Shown: positions 36,452-46,695, numbered from the stretch's first letter. The stretch: 64,000 bases of DNA from Pseudomonadota bacterium (GCA_038531775.1 JBCBBI010000016.1:8662-72661), one strand, 5' to 3'. Made by a program: numbers and translations. Notes: generated by a model not told the origin, from the sequence alone.

Positions 36452-37327
36452 ATGGCAGACGTTTCCTTTAGTGGCGCGCAACCCAGCGTGGCCAGCATTC
36501 AGACCAGCTATATGGCGCAAGTGCAGAGGCGCAGGCTTTATGGCGGGCTGACCTTGTTGATTTTCGTCATGCTGATGGTGTCGGGTTTTAACGTCGCCGA
36601 TGATCGCAACGCGGGCGGGTTCTGGGAGGGTTTGCACCAGATCGGGGATTACCCCGCAGATGTTCTGTCCGAGGCGTGGGAGAAACGAACCGACTTGCCT
36701 GGCTTGATTGCCAAGTATTTCCCCGCGCTTGTGGAGACCATAAACATTGCCGCCGTATCGACGCTCATTGGCGCCATCGCCGGTCTATTTTTATCATTGC
36801 TGGGAACAAGGGGGTTGGCCAAGTGGCCGCGTCTGATCCCGCTCTTCCGCCGCCTCTCAGACATCATGCGCGCCGTGCCAGAGATCGTGATTGCCCTCAT
36901 GCTGATCTTCGTTCTGGGTGGTGGGCCTGTGCCGGCGATGATCGCCATCGCGATCCATACAGCAGGCGCTCTGGGCAAGATGTTCTCGGAAGTGGCGGAG
37001 AATTCCGACCTCAAACCCATTGAGGGTTTGCATTCTACAGGTGCCAATTGGTCCCAAAGAATGCTGCTCGGCGTGATGCCGCAGGTGGCACCTAACTACA
37101 TCAGCTATACGCTGTTGAGATTTGAGATCAACATCCGCGCCTCTGCCATTCTGGGTTTCGTGGGTGCGGGCGGTTTGGGGTACGAGTTGCGCAACGCCAT
37201 GGCTTGGGGACCGGGTCGATTTGGCGAGGCAGGCGCCATCTTCATTTTGCTATTTGGCACGATCGTGTTCTTCGATCAGGTCTCAAGCCGCTATCGAAAC
37301 CGTCTGACAGAGGGGCAAGGCCAATGA
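36452..37327 (+). CDS. phnE: Phosphonate ABC transporter permease
   Basis: RAVPEIV, GALGKMFSE, RFEINIRASAILGFVGAGGLG. Confidence 0.95.
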   Translation: MADVSFSGAQPSVASIQTSYMAQVQRRRLYGGLTLLIFVMLMVSGFNVADDRNAGGFWEGLHQIGDYPADVLSEAWEKRTDLPGLIAKYFPALVETINIAAVSTLIGAIAGLFLSLLGTRGLAKWPRLIPLFRRLSDIMRAVPEIVIALMLIFVLGGGPVPAMIAIAIHTAGALGKMFSEVAENSDLKPIEGLHSTGANWSQRMLLGVMPQVAPNYISYTLLRFEINIRASAILGFVGAGGLGYELRNAMAWGPGRFGEAGAIFILLFGTIVFFDQVSSRYRNRLTEGQGQ

Positions 37328-38637
37328 GTGCCGTCGATCTGAGTGCCGCAAAGCTTCAAGCGGACCGGGTGATCCACCGCAAACGCGTTATTGGCGTCGG
37401 TATCCCCGCCGTCATCGCAGCCTACCTTGTCTACATATTCTTTGCCTTCGATTTGCCGGGTCTTGCGCAACGGGCCAACCTCGATAACGCCGTGACGCTT
37501 GCCTCGGATAGCTGGTCCCACAAGGTGCATGTGACCCGCGACAACCGGTCAGGCAAGATCACCTATGCCGTAGAAGGTGAACGCAAAGGCCGCTACCCCG
37601 AAGGCCAGCGCCCGAATTGGGTGAGCGGCGATGATACGATAACAATCGATCTGGGCGCGGGTCACATCGTGCGGTATCTACCGGAAAACCGCGCGGAAAT
37701 TGAGGTGCCCGGTTTCCAGATGATCGAGGTGCAGGCTAAAGGGCGCAGCCTGATCAGCAACCTGCCCAACAATGTGCCTGACTGGATTTCAGTCTCCAGC
37801 CGCCGCATCGGTATCACAACGCCTGAGGGCCGTATCACGATGACCGGCGCACGCACCGAGGTGTTCAATTACTTCCCGGGGTGGGAGCTATTCTGGTTCA
37901 CGCTGGACAGCCCCTATCATGGCAAAAGCCTCGGCACGCTGCTTTTTGGAGAGCGTGTGGTGCCCGCACAATCCAATTTCGCGGGCGCGATCTCTGAGTG
38001 GTGGAACAATGCAATGTGGCGGCACAAGGATGTGGCATGGGCCATTGGGGAGACAATCCTAATGGCGTTCCTGGGCACCATAGGAGCCGCGATCATCGCG
38101 CTGCCACTTTCCTTCCTTGCAGCAAAGCGGTTCTCCCCACTTGTCCTTTTGCGCGCCGCGACCCGGCGTCTTTTTGATTTCCTGCGCGGCGTGGATGCCT
38201 TGATCTGGACGGTTGTTTTAGCACGAGCCTTTGGCCCTGGGCCGCTGACCGGGGCGCTGGCGATTCTGATCACCGACACGGGCACTTTCGGCAAAACATT
38301 CTCGGAGGCTTTGGAGAACGTGGACGAGAAGCAAATCGAAGGCGTGTCTTCTACGGGTGCAAAGCCACTGCAACGCTATCGTTTTGGTGTCATCCCACAG
38401 GTTGTGCCAGTGCTCTTGGCGCAGGTCCTCTATTTCCTTGAATCAAATACGCGCTCTGCCACGATCATCGGGGCGATCACTGGCGGCGGCATTGGTCTGA
38501 TGTTGACCCAAGCGATCCAGACACAAAAGGATTGGGAAGAGGTGGCCTATTACATCGTCCTCATCGTGATCATGGTGATGTTTATGGATTGGTTCTCTGG
38601 CTGGCTGCGGGGTAAGCTAATCGGGCGAAAGCATTGA
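37324..38637 (+). CDS. phnE: Phosphonate ABC transporter permease with extended periplasmic domain
   Basis: RGVDALIW, GPGPLTG, ESNTRSATIIGAITGGGIG; ATGA overlap. Confidence 0.93.
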   Translation: MSAVDLSAAKLQADRVIHRKRVIGVGIPAVIAAYLVYIFFAFDLPGLAQRANLDNAVTLASDSWSHKVHVTRDNRSGKITYAVEGERKGRYPEGQRPNWVSGDDTITIDLGAGHIVRYLPENRAEIEVPGFQMIEVQAKGRSLISNLPNNVPDWISVSSRRIGITTPEGRITMTGARTEVFNYFPGWELFWFTLDSPYHGKSLGTLLFGERVVPAQSNFAGAISEWWNNAMWRHKDVAWAIGETILMAFLGTIGAAIIALPLSFLAAKRFSPLVLLRAATRRLFDFLRGVDALIWTVVLARAFGPGPLTGALAILITDTGTFGKTFSEALENVDEKQIEGVSSTGAKPLQRYRFGVIPQVVPVLLAQVLYFLESNTRSATIIGAITGGGIGLMLTQAIQTQKDWEEVAYYIVLIVIMVMFMDWFSGWLRGKLIGRKH

Positions 38638-39254
38638 TGGCGCGGCTTGCGGCCGATGCGCCCTTCTTTCATCCTGATTGTGAGGTCACCGAGGGCAGCT
38701 TTGGCGCGTATGTCGAGATCGGCAAAGGCAGCCGCGTGTCCAACTCAGTGTTTGGCGATTACAGCTACTGCGACCGCTACGCCGACATTGCCAATGCGCA
38801 GATCGGGAAATTCGCCAACATCGCCGCGTTCACCCGTATAGGCGCGACAGACCACCCGCTGCACACCGCGTCCTGCCATCACTTCATGTATCGCTCAAAT
38901 GACTATTGGGATAACGTGCCGCGAGATGAGGCATTCTTTGCCCAGCGTAGATCGCGCACCGCGTTCATCGGCCATGACACTTGGATCGGAGCCGGTGCCA
39001 TGATCAAACCCGAAGTGACGCTCGGACACGGTTCGGTTGTCGCCGCCGGTGCGCTCGTGACAAAGGATGTTGCTCCCTACACAATCGTTGCAGGCACTCC
39101 CGCCAAGCCCCTGCGCTTGCGCCAGCCGCCAGAGATTGCAGAAAGACTGATCGAACTGGCCTGGTGGGACTGGTCACATGAAGGCATCCTACACGCTTTG
39201 GAAGACTTTCGTACCCTCGAAGCGCCTGCCTTTCTAGAGAAGTACGAGGTTTAA
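38637..39254 (+). CDS. Hexapeptide-repeat (CAT/Vat-like) acetyltransferase associated with phn clusters
   Basis: IGKFANIA, IGHDTWIG, GHGSVVAAGALVTKDV. Confidence 0.85.
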   Translation: MARLAADAPFFHPDCEVTEGSFGAYVEIGKGSRVSNSVFGDYSYCDRYADIANAQIGKFANIAAFTRIGATDHPLHTASCHHFMYRSNDYWDNVPRDEAFFAQRRSRTAFIGHDTWIGAGAMIKPEVTLGHGSVVAAGALVTKDVAPYTIVAGTPAKPLRLRQPPEIAERLIELAWWDWSHEGILHALEDFRTLEAPAFLEKYEV

Positions 39255-39982
39255 ATCTCCAGCGTCAGAGTTACGCGGTCCCCGGCAAACCACGTCCGCC
39301 CGTATTCAACTGGCGCGTCTGTGCCATTCACATTCACGCTGGTAGATTTCATCAGGGGATCGCCTTCTGCTACGTTGAGGTGTAGCGCATGCGTGGTTGT
39401 CGCCCGAACCGCAGTTAGCCGCGTGGACGCGCGCGTGTAATCGATGATGCCAACTGCATGAAGCGCTTCGGTCACACTGCCGGTAGTGCGCAAAGCGTCC
39501 TCTATACCGGCGAGCCGGTCCCGCGGAAACATGCTCTCAAACACCGCAACGGGCTGACCATCCGCGAGAGACAGACCATGGTAAGCGCAGACCAGATCTC
39601 CGGGTGAGATGTTCAAAGCCTTGGCTTCGCCCTTGGTCGAGGCTCTCTCTTCTATCTGCAAGATGCGCTTTTCAGGTATGCGGCCTGCGGCAGCTAGGTT
39701 TTCATGAAAGCGGACCCTTTTGCCGATTGGGTAATCCGTAGGGGCGCTTTCCACGAAAGCACCGGACCCTCGGCGTGTTCGTATCAGCCCTTCTTCGACC
39801 AAGGCCGACAGACCATGCCGTACAGTGTGGCGATTGACGCCAAACCTGCTTGCCAAGGCAGCCTCGGTCGGCAGCTTTTCACCGGGGGCATAGCGCCCTT
39901 CGGCGATGTCGCTTCGCACGGCATCTGCAATCGCTGTCCAAACCGGTGTCTTTCGTTTGCGGTTGATCGCCTTGTCACGCAA
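39251..39982 (-). CDS. phnF: GntR/HutC-family phosphonate regulator
   Basis: LPTEAALASRFGVNRHTVR; UTRA domain; divergent from phnG. Confidence 0.92.
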   Translation of the reverse strand: MRDKAINRKRKTPVWTAIADAVRSDIAEGRYAPGEKLPTEAALASRFGVNRHTVRHGLSALVEEGLIRTRRGSGAFVESAPTDYPIGKRVRFHENLAAAGRIPEKRILQIEERASTKGEAKALNISPGDLVCAYHGLSLADGQPVAVFESMFPRDRLAGIEDALRTTGSVTEALHAVGIIDYTRASTRLTAVRATTTHALHLNVAEGDPLMKSTSVNVNGTDAPVEYGRTWFAGDRVTLTLEI

Positions 39983-40028
39983 ATTTCACAATATTCCTGT
40001 GTCAATTCTCAGCCAAAGTGGTAAGATA

Positions 40029-40048
40029 TGTATAGTTGTATAGTAATT
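40029..40048. promoter_or_regulatory. Possible PhnF operator (TGTATAG repeats)
   Basis: TGTATAGTTGTATAGTAATT between divergent phnF and phnG; resembles HutC-family TTGTATAnACAA sites. Confidence 0.35.
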
Positions 40049-40063
40049 GAAAAAGTTGTCGAG

Positions 40064-40519
40064 ATGAAAGACGCCTCTGACGAAAACACGCGAAGAAAAC
40101 TCTGGATGTCCGTTATGGCCAAAGCGCCTAGAGGCCGTGTGTCAGAATTATTGGACGCTACGATGAAGCGCCCGGAATTCACTTGGTTGCGTGCGCCAGA
40201 GATTGGCAGCACGATGGTCCGGGGGCGGGCCGGCGGAACCGGGGCGCCCTTCAATTTGGGCGAGGTGACCGTAACGCGCTGCGCTTTGAGGCTGCATAGC
40301 GGCGAGGTAGGACACGCCTATATCCAGGGGCGACGCAAAGCAGATGCAGAAGCGGTAGCGCTTGTGGACGCTTTGATGCAGAGCGACATAGCGGATTTGG
40401 TCGATACCACCATCCTGCAAAACCTCGAAAATGACCACGCCGCGGCCAGACAAGCACGCGCTGCGAAAGCAGCGGCCACAAAAGTTGAGTTTTTCACCAT
40501 GACCAGAGGGGAAGATTGA
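40064..40519 (+). CDS. phnG: C-P lyase subunit PhnG
   Basis: PEIGSTMVRGRAGGTGAPFNLGEVTVTRC. Confidence 0.95.
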   Translation: MKDASDENTRRKLWMSVMAKAPRGRVSELLDATMKRPEFTWLRAPEIGSTMVRGRAGGTGAPFNLGEVTVTRCALRLHSGEVGHAYIQGRRKADAEAVALVDALMQSDIADLVDTTILQNLENDHAAARQARAAKAAATKVEFFTMTRGED

Positions 40520-41082
40520 TGCAGACGGATAAACTGTCCGGCGGGTTTGATCACCCGGCCATCCAGTCCGCCCATGCCTTCCGAAGTGTTATGGAGGCCA
40601 TGGCCCGACCCGGCACAGTACAGGACATTCATGGGGCTGAACCGCCAACGCTGCTTTCAAGCGCGGCAGGTTCAGTATTGCTTACGCTGTGCGACGCGGA
40701 TACGCCCGTTCATCTGGCCGGTGAGTTAGATTGCGAAGACGTGCGCGCATGGCTGGCCTTCCATACCGGCGCGCCGATCGTTGGCCCAGCGCATTGCATG
40801 TTTGCCGTGGGCACATGGGTGACGCTGACGCCATTATCGCTGTATCCAATTGGCACGCCAGAATATCCGGATCGCTCCAGCACGTTGATCGTCGAATGTA
40901 GTGATTTGGAGCAGGACGGTGTACGCCTCAAAGGGCCTGGTATCCAATCAATCGCATCCCTTTCCCTGCCAGAGGTAGACCCGTTTCAAGCCAATCACTC
41001 TTTGTTTCCCCTTGGGTTGGATTTCATCTTCACAAGCGGAAGCCGGATCGCGGCGCTTCCCAGAAGCACGGAGGTTTTCTGA
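40519..41082 (+). CDS. phnH: C-P lyase subunit PhnH
   Basis: QSAHAFRSVMEAMARPG, GTPEYPDRS, FPLGLD. Confidence 0.95.
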   Translation: MQTDKLSGGFDHPAIQSAHAFRSVMEAMARPGTVQDIHGAEPPTLLSSAAGSVLLTLCDADTPVHLAGELDCEDVRAWLAFHTGAPIVGPAHCMFAVGTWVTLTPLSLYPIGTPEYPDRSSTLIVECSDLEQDGVRLKGPGIQSIASLSLPEVDPFQANHSLFPLGLDFIFTSGSRIAALPRSTEVF

Positions 41083-42170
41083 TGTATGTCGCCGTCAAGG
41101 GCGGGGAGCGCGCCATTGAAAATGCCCATGCCTGGCTGGCCGAAGAGCGCCGGGGCGACAGAGATGTGGCTGAGCTGACTATCTGCCAAATTCGGGAACA
41201 GTTGAGTTTGGCCGTAGACCGCGTGATGGCGGAAGGGTCGCTTTATGACCCTGATCTGGCGGCCTTGGCAATCAAACAGTCGCGCGGAGATCTGATTGAG
41301 GCGATTTTCCTGATCCGGGCCTATCGCACGACTTTGCCCCGGTATGGGGCGTCAGAGCCGGTAGAGACGGGTTCGATGTCCTGTGACAGGCGCATCTCGG
41401 CCACCTTCAAGGATCTACCAGGGGGGCAGGTTCTGGGCCCGACTTTTGACTACACACACCGTTTGCTGGATTTCAAATTGGCCGCAGATGGCGACGTGTC
41501 AGACTCACCTTCCGTAGAGCCAGACTTGACCGAAGTGCCGCGTGTGACGGAATTCCTAAATCAGGAAGGCTTGATCGAGGAATCCGCCTTTGACGACACG
41601 ACACCGCCTGATCTGACCCGTGAACCGCTGGCAATGCCTGCAGATCGCGCGCTGCGCTTGCAGGCTCTGACGCGGTCTGACGAAGGGTTTACCCTTGGGC
41701 TCGCCTACTCAACACAGCGCGGCTATGCCCGCAATCACGCCTTTGTTGGGGAGTTGCGCATCGGGACGGTCGCGGTTGAGATGGACATCCCCGAACTGGG
41801 CTTTGCCGTGGAGATCGGGGAGATCACGCTCACCGAGTGCGAAACCATCAACCAATTCAAAGGCTCCAAGACCGAGCCGCCGCAATTCACGCGAGGCTAT
41901 GGTCTCGTTTTTGGTCAATCGGAACGCAAGGCCATATCAATGGCATTGGTGGATCGCGCGCTGCGGTGGGAAGAACTCGGTGAGGACAATGTTGGCGCAC
42001 CGGCGCAAGATGCCGAGTTTGTACTCTATCACGCTGACAACATTCAGGCGACTGGGTTTCTGGAACACATCAAACTGCCCCACTACGTGGATTTCCAATC
42101 CGAGCTCGAACTCGTGCGAAAGCTGCGGCGCGAGGCAGGCGCAGATCAGGTGCAGGAGGCTGCGGAATGA
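41082..42170 (+). CDS. phnI: C-P lyase subunit PhnI
   Basis: MYVAVKGGERAI, RRISATFKDLPGGQVLGPT, HIKLPHYVDFQ. Confidence 0.97.
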   Translation: MYVAVKGGERAIENAHAWLAEERRGDRDVAELTICQIREQLSLAVDRVMAEGSLYDPDLAALAIKQSRGDLIEAIFLIRAYRTTLPRYGASEPVETGSMSCDRRISATFKDLPGGQVLGPTFDYTHRLLDFKLAADGDVSDSPSVEPDLTEVPRVTEFLNQEGLIEESAFDDTTPPDLTREPLAMPADRALRLQALTRSDEGFTLGLAYSTQRGYARNHAFVGELRIGTVAVEMDIPELGFAVEIGEITLTECETINQFKGSKTEPPQFTRGYGLVFGQSERKAISMALVDRALRWEELGEDNVGAPAQDAEFVLYHADNIQATGFLEHIKLPHYVDFQSELELVRKLRREAGADQVQEAAE

Positions 42171-43018
42171 GCGACTACAATTTCGCATATCTCGACGAAC
42201 AAACCAAACGGATGATCCGGCGGGCTATCCTCAAGGGGTTGGCGGTGCCCGGCTATCAGGTGCCTTTCGCCTCCCGTGAGATGCCAATGCCCTACGGGTG
42301 GGGCACGGGAGGGGTGCAGGTGTCGGCGGCGGTGTTGACGCCTGAGGATACGCTTAAGGTGATCGATCAGGGCGCGGATGATACGACCAATGCGGTGTCC
42401 ATTCGAGCGTTCTTTGAGCGCACGGCCGGGGTTGAGACGACCACCGCAACGAAAGACGCCACCGTCATCCAGACCCGCCACCGCATCCCAGAAGAGCCTT
42501 TGAGCGAGGATCAGATCCTTGTCTATCAGGTACCTATCCCGGAGCCGCTGCGCTTTCTGGAGCCGCGCGAAAGCGAGACGCGCAAGATGCACTCATTGGA
42601 AGAATATGGGCTGATGCATGTAAAGCTCTACGAGGACATCTCGTGCCACGGTCATATCGCCACCTCTTATGCCTACCCTGTGAAGGTGGAGGGGCGATAT
42701 GTGATGGATCCCTCTCCTATCCCTAAATTCGACAACCCAAAGCTCGGCGATATGCCTGCGATCCAGCTTTTCGGTGCGGGTCGCGAGCAGCGGATCTATG
42801 CGCTGCCCCCCTACACGCAGGTGGTCAGCCTCGATTTTGAGGACCATCCATTTGAGGCGTCAAAGGCGGATCACTGCTGTGCGATTTGCGGTGTGGATGA
42901 TGCCTATCTCGATGAGGTAATTGTCGATGATGCAGGCGGGCGGATGTTTGTGTGTTCTGACACGGATTACTGCGAAACGCGCGTGACTGAGGGCCAGACA
43001 GAGGAGTCAGTGGCATGA
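42167..43018 (+). CDS. phnJ: C-P lyase radical SAM subunit PhnJ
   Basis: GWGTGG, IQTRHRIPE, CAIC-X21-CSDTDYC. Confidence 0.97.
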   Translation: MSDYNFAYLDEQTKRMIRRAILKGLAVPGYQVPFASREMPMPYGWGTGGVQVSAAVLTPEDTLKVIDQGADDTTNAVSIRAFFERTAGVETTTATKDATVIQTRHRIPEEPLSEDQILVYQVPIPEPLRFLEPRESETRKMHSLEEYGLMHVKLYEDISCHGHIATSYAYPVKVEGRYVMDPSPIPKFDNPKLGDMPAIQLFGAGREQRIYALPPYTQVVSLDFEDHPFEASKADHCCAICGVDDAYLDEVIVDDAGGRMFVCSDTDYCETRVTEGQTEESVA

Positions 43019-43785
43019 CCCCGCTTCTGTCTGTGCACGGCGTGACCAAGCATTACGGCAACCATCTGGGTTGTGCGGATGTGTCCTTTGATCTTTACCC
43101 CGGTGAGGTGATGGGTATCGTTGGCGAAAGCGGCTCTGGCAAATCGACACTTCTAAACTGTATGGCCGGGCATTTGGCCCCAGATATGGGCCAAGTCGTG
43201 TTTGACACGCGCGGCGACGGGCCGCGCGACACGCTGACCATGTCAGAACCCGAACGTCGGATGTTGGGGCGCACCGACTGGGCCTTTGTGCATCAACACG
43301 CACGCGACGGGCTGCGCATGGGCGTCAGCGCGGGCGGCAATGTAGGCGAACGGCTGATGGCGGTTGGTGCGCGCCACTATGGTGACATCAGGGAGCAAGC
43401 CACCGATTGGCTGGAGCGGGTGGAGATTGACGCAGGCCGTGTGGATGACCGGCCGACGACCTTCTCGGGCGGCATGCAGCAACGTCTGCAGATCGCGCGC
43501 AATCTAGTCACCGGGCCGCGTCTGGTGTTCATGGATGAACCGACCGGTGGACTTGATGTCTCAGTGCAGGCACGCCTTCTTGATTTGCTGCGCGGATTGG
43601 TTCGCGACATGGGATTGTCAGCGATCATCGTCACTCATGATCTTGCCGTGGTGCGGCTACTTGCGGATCGCTTGATGGTGATGAAATCTGGCCATGTGGT
43701 TGAGACGGGGCTAACCGATCAGGTGCTCGATGATCCTCAGCACGCGTATTCCCAACTTCTTGTGTCCTCCGTTTTGCAGGTCTGA
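43015..43785 (+). CDS. phnK: C-P lyase ABC-type ATPase PhnK
   Basis: GESGSGKST, AGGNVGERLM, FSGGMQQRLQIARNL. Confidence 0.96.
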   Translation: MTPLLSVHGVTKHYGNHLGCADVSFDLYPGEVMGIVGESGSGKSTLLNCMAGHLAPDMGQVVFDTRGDGPRDTLTMSEPERRMLGRTDWAFVHQHARDGLRMGVSAGGNVGERLMAVGARHYGDIREQATDWLERVEIDAGRVDDRPTTFSGGMQQRLQIARNLVTGPRLVFMDEPTGGLDVSVQARLLDLLRGLVRDMGLSAIIVTHDLAVVRLLADRLMVMKSGHVVETGLTDQVLDDPQHAYSQLLVSSVLQV

Positions 43786-43788
43786 TCG

Positions 43789-44250
43789 ATGACTTTACAA
43801 ATCATGCGCGCAACAGATCAAGACAGTCAGGAGATCGCCTCATTTTTGGCCATCGCCTTGCCAAAACACTGGCGGCTGCCCGAACTTCCAGATCCAGCTC
43901 AAATTCGCCGGGTCATTTCACACAGAGGGTCTATCCTACTGATCGCGCGTCAAAGGGAAAATGTCGTCGGTTTGGCGCTTGGATGGTACTTTCCCAACAC
44001 TATCGGCCAAGGCGATACAGCCATGCTAGATGAGCTTTTGGTCGATACGAACTCTCGCAGGAGAGGCATTGGAACCGAGCTTGTGGCAGCTTTTGCAAGA
44101 ACTGCACGGCAGCTTGGTAAAGCGCCTATCGAAATTTGGGCAACAACAGATTTTCCACAAGAGCCCGCCGCGACCGCGTTTTCAAGATCAGGCGGAAAAA
44201 AGGGCGTGTTGGTTCGGCAATTCGACTGGCCGCGGGAGGTATGCGCATGA
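43789..44250 (+). CDS. GNAT family N-acetyltransferase
   Basis: LDELLVD..SRRRGIGTEL; stop overlaps the phnL start (ATGA). Confidence 0.8.
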   Translation: MTLQIMRATDQDSQEIASFLAIALPKHWRLPELPDPAQIRRVISHRGSILLIARQRENVVGLALGWYFPNTIGQGDTAMLDELLVDTNSRRRGIGTELVAAFARTARQLGKAPIEIWATTDFPQEPAATAFSRSGGKKGVLVRQFDWPREVCA

Positions 44251-44930
44251 TTGCCCTCAAGGAAGTTTCCAAGACTTTCACGCTGCACAATCAGGGCAGC
44301 GCCATCATCGAAGTGATCGATGATGTGTCGTTCGATGTTTCGCCCGGGGAGTGTGTTGCTCTGACCGGCGCATCCGGGTCCGGCAAGTCAACATTGATGC
44401 GCATGATTTATGGCAACTATCTAACGCAATCGGGCTCCATCTGCATCGGTGACGTGGATCTGGTTAAATCTGAGCCGCGCGAAGTGATCGCTTTGCGTCG
44501 TGAGGTGTTGGGGTATGTCAGCCAATTCCTTCGCGTTGTACCGCGTGTGCCGACGGTGCAGGTTGTGGCAGAACCGCTGCGCGCTTTGGGAGCCGAGGCG
44601 GAAGAGGCAGAGGCCCGCGCCAAGTATTTGTTGGCGCAGCTTAACATTCCCGAAAGGCTCTGGTCGCTCAGCCCCACTACATTCTCTGGCGGCGAACAGC
44701 AGCGCGTGAACATTGCGCGCGGCTTTGCCCATCCCTATCCCGCATTGCTTCTGGACGAACCCACCGCGAGCCTTGATGCCAAGAACCGCGAAATTGTACT
44801 GTCGCTTATTGAAGAGGCCAAAGCGCAGGACGCAGCCGTCATCGGTATTTTCCATGATGAGGCCGCACGCGCCCGGGTTTGCGACCGAGAGATTGATATC
44901 AGCCAGTTTACGCCGGCGATGGTGGCATGA
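44247..44930 (+). CDS. phnL: C-P lyase ABC-type ATPase PhnL
   Basis: KTFTLH, GASGSGKST, YVSQFLRVVPR, TFSGGEQQRVNIARG. Confidence 0.96.
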   Translation: MIALKEVSKTFTLHNQGSAIIEVIDDVSFDVSPGECVALTGASGSGKSTLMRMIYGNYLTQSGSICIGDVDLVKSEPREVIALRREVLGYVSQFLRVVPRVPTVQVVAEPLRALGAEAEEAEARAKYLLAQLNIPERLWSLSPTTFSGGEQQRVNIARGFAHPYPALLLDEPTASLDAKNREIVLSLIEEAKAQDAAVIGIFHDEAARARVCDREIDISQFTPAMVA

Positions 44931-45505
44931 CGGAAAACAGCACCAAATCAGGGCGTCTTATCGCCGTTGTGGGCGAGTCTTGCGTGGGCAACGATAGCTT
45001 CATGCAAGGGTTGCATGACGTTATGCCAAGCCTGCATTTGGTGCGACAGGTTGTGACACGTGCGCCAGAGTTAGCGGACGAGGCATACGATGCCGTATCT
45101 GTCCAAGAGTTCCAGGACATGGCCGAACACGGGGCCTTCGCGTTGCATTGGCATGCGCACGGGTTACTCTACGGCATTCCCGTTACAATCAAGTATCACT
45201 TGAACAGAGGCACAGATTGTCTTGCCAATTTTTCCTGGACAGCTTTGGCTGAGGCATCGACACTATTTGCCCGTTTGGTCATTCTCAACATCAGCGCGAA
45301 CTCCGATACGTTGGCGGCGCGTCACGCCGCACGAGGGCACGAAGACGCCGAAGAGATCGCAAAGCGTCAGGGCGAGGCCGAAAAACCTCTGCCTCGTGGC
45401 TTGGACGTGACCACCCTATCCAACGAAGGCCCTCTTTCTCAAACGATTGCCCGTGCCGTAATCCTGTTGCAACAGGACCAGGTTACCGTTGGGAACACGA
45501 CATGA
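44927..45505 (+). CDS. phnN: PhnN-like ribose 1,5-bisphosphokinase with degenerate P-loop
   Basis: RLIAVVG, VTR, FALHWHAHGLLYGIP; P-loop reads GESCVGND where GPSGxGKD is expected. Confidence 0.8.
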   Translation: MTENSTKSGRLIAVVGESCVGNDSFMQGLHDVMPSLHLVRQVVTRAPELADEAYDAVSVQEFQDMAEHGAFALHWHAHGLLYGIPVTIKYHLNRGTDCLANFSWTALAEASTLFARLVILNISANSDTLAARHAARGHEDAEEIAKRQGEAEKPLPRGLDVTTLSNEGPLSQTIARAVILLQQDQVTVGNTT

Positions 45506-46695
45506 ATTCTCCCTTTTCGACCCCATCACTTTCGACGTTTGGCAACCCTGATCTGCGAGATGACATGTGTCTGGCGAATGCGCGGTTGATCCTGCCCGAT
45601 CGTGTGATCCTGGGCGCGATCACTATTGAACAAGGCGTGATAAACGAGATCGTAGAAGGCGACCGGTTGCCTGATGGCGCAACGGATTGCGCCGGCGACT
45701 TCGTTTTACCGGGCCTTGTGGAGCTTCATACCGACAATGTGGAACGCCATATTGAACCACGTCCAGAGGTCGATTGGCCCCATTTGCCCGCCCTTTTGGC
45801 CCATGATGCGGAACTTGCCGGGGCCGGTATAACCACGGTCTTTGACGCTATGCGGGTTGGATCCATCCACAGCGGCAAGGGGCGCTACATCGATTATGCA
45901 CGCAAGCTTGCAGATGAACTGTTGGCGGCGCGTGCGCAAGGCATGTTTAAAATCAGCCATTTTCTACACCTGCGTGCTGAGATTTGTTCAGAAACACTGC
46001 TGGAAGAAATGGCAACCTTTGAGCCGGAAGATCGCGTGGGCATCGTCAGCCTGATGGATCACACACCTGGGCAAAGGCAGTTCCGCGACTTGACTGCTTT
46101 GAAAACCTATATCTCCAAGAAGCGCGGCATGAACGACGCCGAGTTTGCGGCCCATGTAGAGAACCTTCTCGGTCTGCAAAAGCGATTTGGCCAAAAGCAC
46201 GAGGCAGGCGCTGTCAAAGCGGCCAGGCGCCTAGGTGCCGTGCTTGCCAGCCATGACGATACCACAGCGGAGCAAGTAGCAACTTCCGCGCAAAATGGTG
46301 TGGGGTTTGCCGAATTTCCGACAACGATTGAGGCCGCTAAAGCCTGCCGCGAACATGGGATTGCCGTCATGATGGGTGCACCCAACCTGATTCGCGGTGG
46401 TTCACATTCTGGCAACGTTGCAGCGGAAAATCTGGCAAGAGCCGACAGGCTGGACATCATGTCGTCTGATTATGTGCCTTCGGCACTTCTTTGGTCTGCG
46501 TTTCAACTGGCGAAGATTTGGGATGACATGCCACGCGCTGTCGCGACAGTGACATCCAACCCCTCAAAAGCCGCGAATTTGCAGGATCGAGGCGCTCTGC
46601 GAGAGGGACTCAGAGGTGATGTTCTACGCGTATGCCTTTCAGATCAAACACCATTGCTGCGTGGCGTCTGGAGCCAAGGCCGTAAAATAGGCTAA
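45502..46695 (+). CDS. phnM: alpha-D-ribose 1-methylphosphonate 5-triphosphate diphosphatase
   Basis: PGLVELHTDN, MDHTPGQRQF, ASHDD, GAPNLIRGGSHSGN, SSDY. Confidence 0.96.
   Translation: MNSPFSTPSLSTFGNPDLRDDMCLANARLILPDRVILGAITIEQGVINEIVEGDRLPDGATDCAGDFVLPGLVELHTDNVERHIEPRPEVDWPHLPALLAHDAELAGAGITTVFDAMRVGSIHSGKGRYIDYARKLADELLAARAQGMFKISHFLHLRAEICSETLLEEMATFEPEDRVGIVSLMDHTPGQRQFRDLTALKTYISKKRGMNDAEFAAHVENLLGLQKRFGQKHEAGAVKAARRLGAVLASHDDTTAEQVATSAQNGVGFAEFPTTIEAAKACREHGIAVMMGAPNLIRGGSHSGNVAAENLARADRLDIMSSDYVPSALLWSAFQLAKIWDDMPRAVATVTSNPSKAANLQDRGALREGLRGDVLRVCLSDQTPLLRGVWSQGRKIG

Noticed and set aside
35755-36498. 247-aa antisense ORF
   Set aside because: Shadow of phnD
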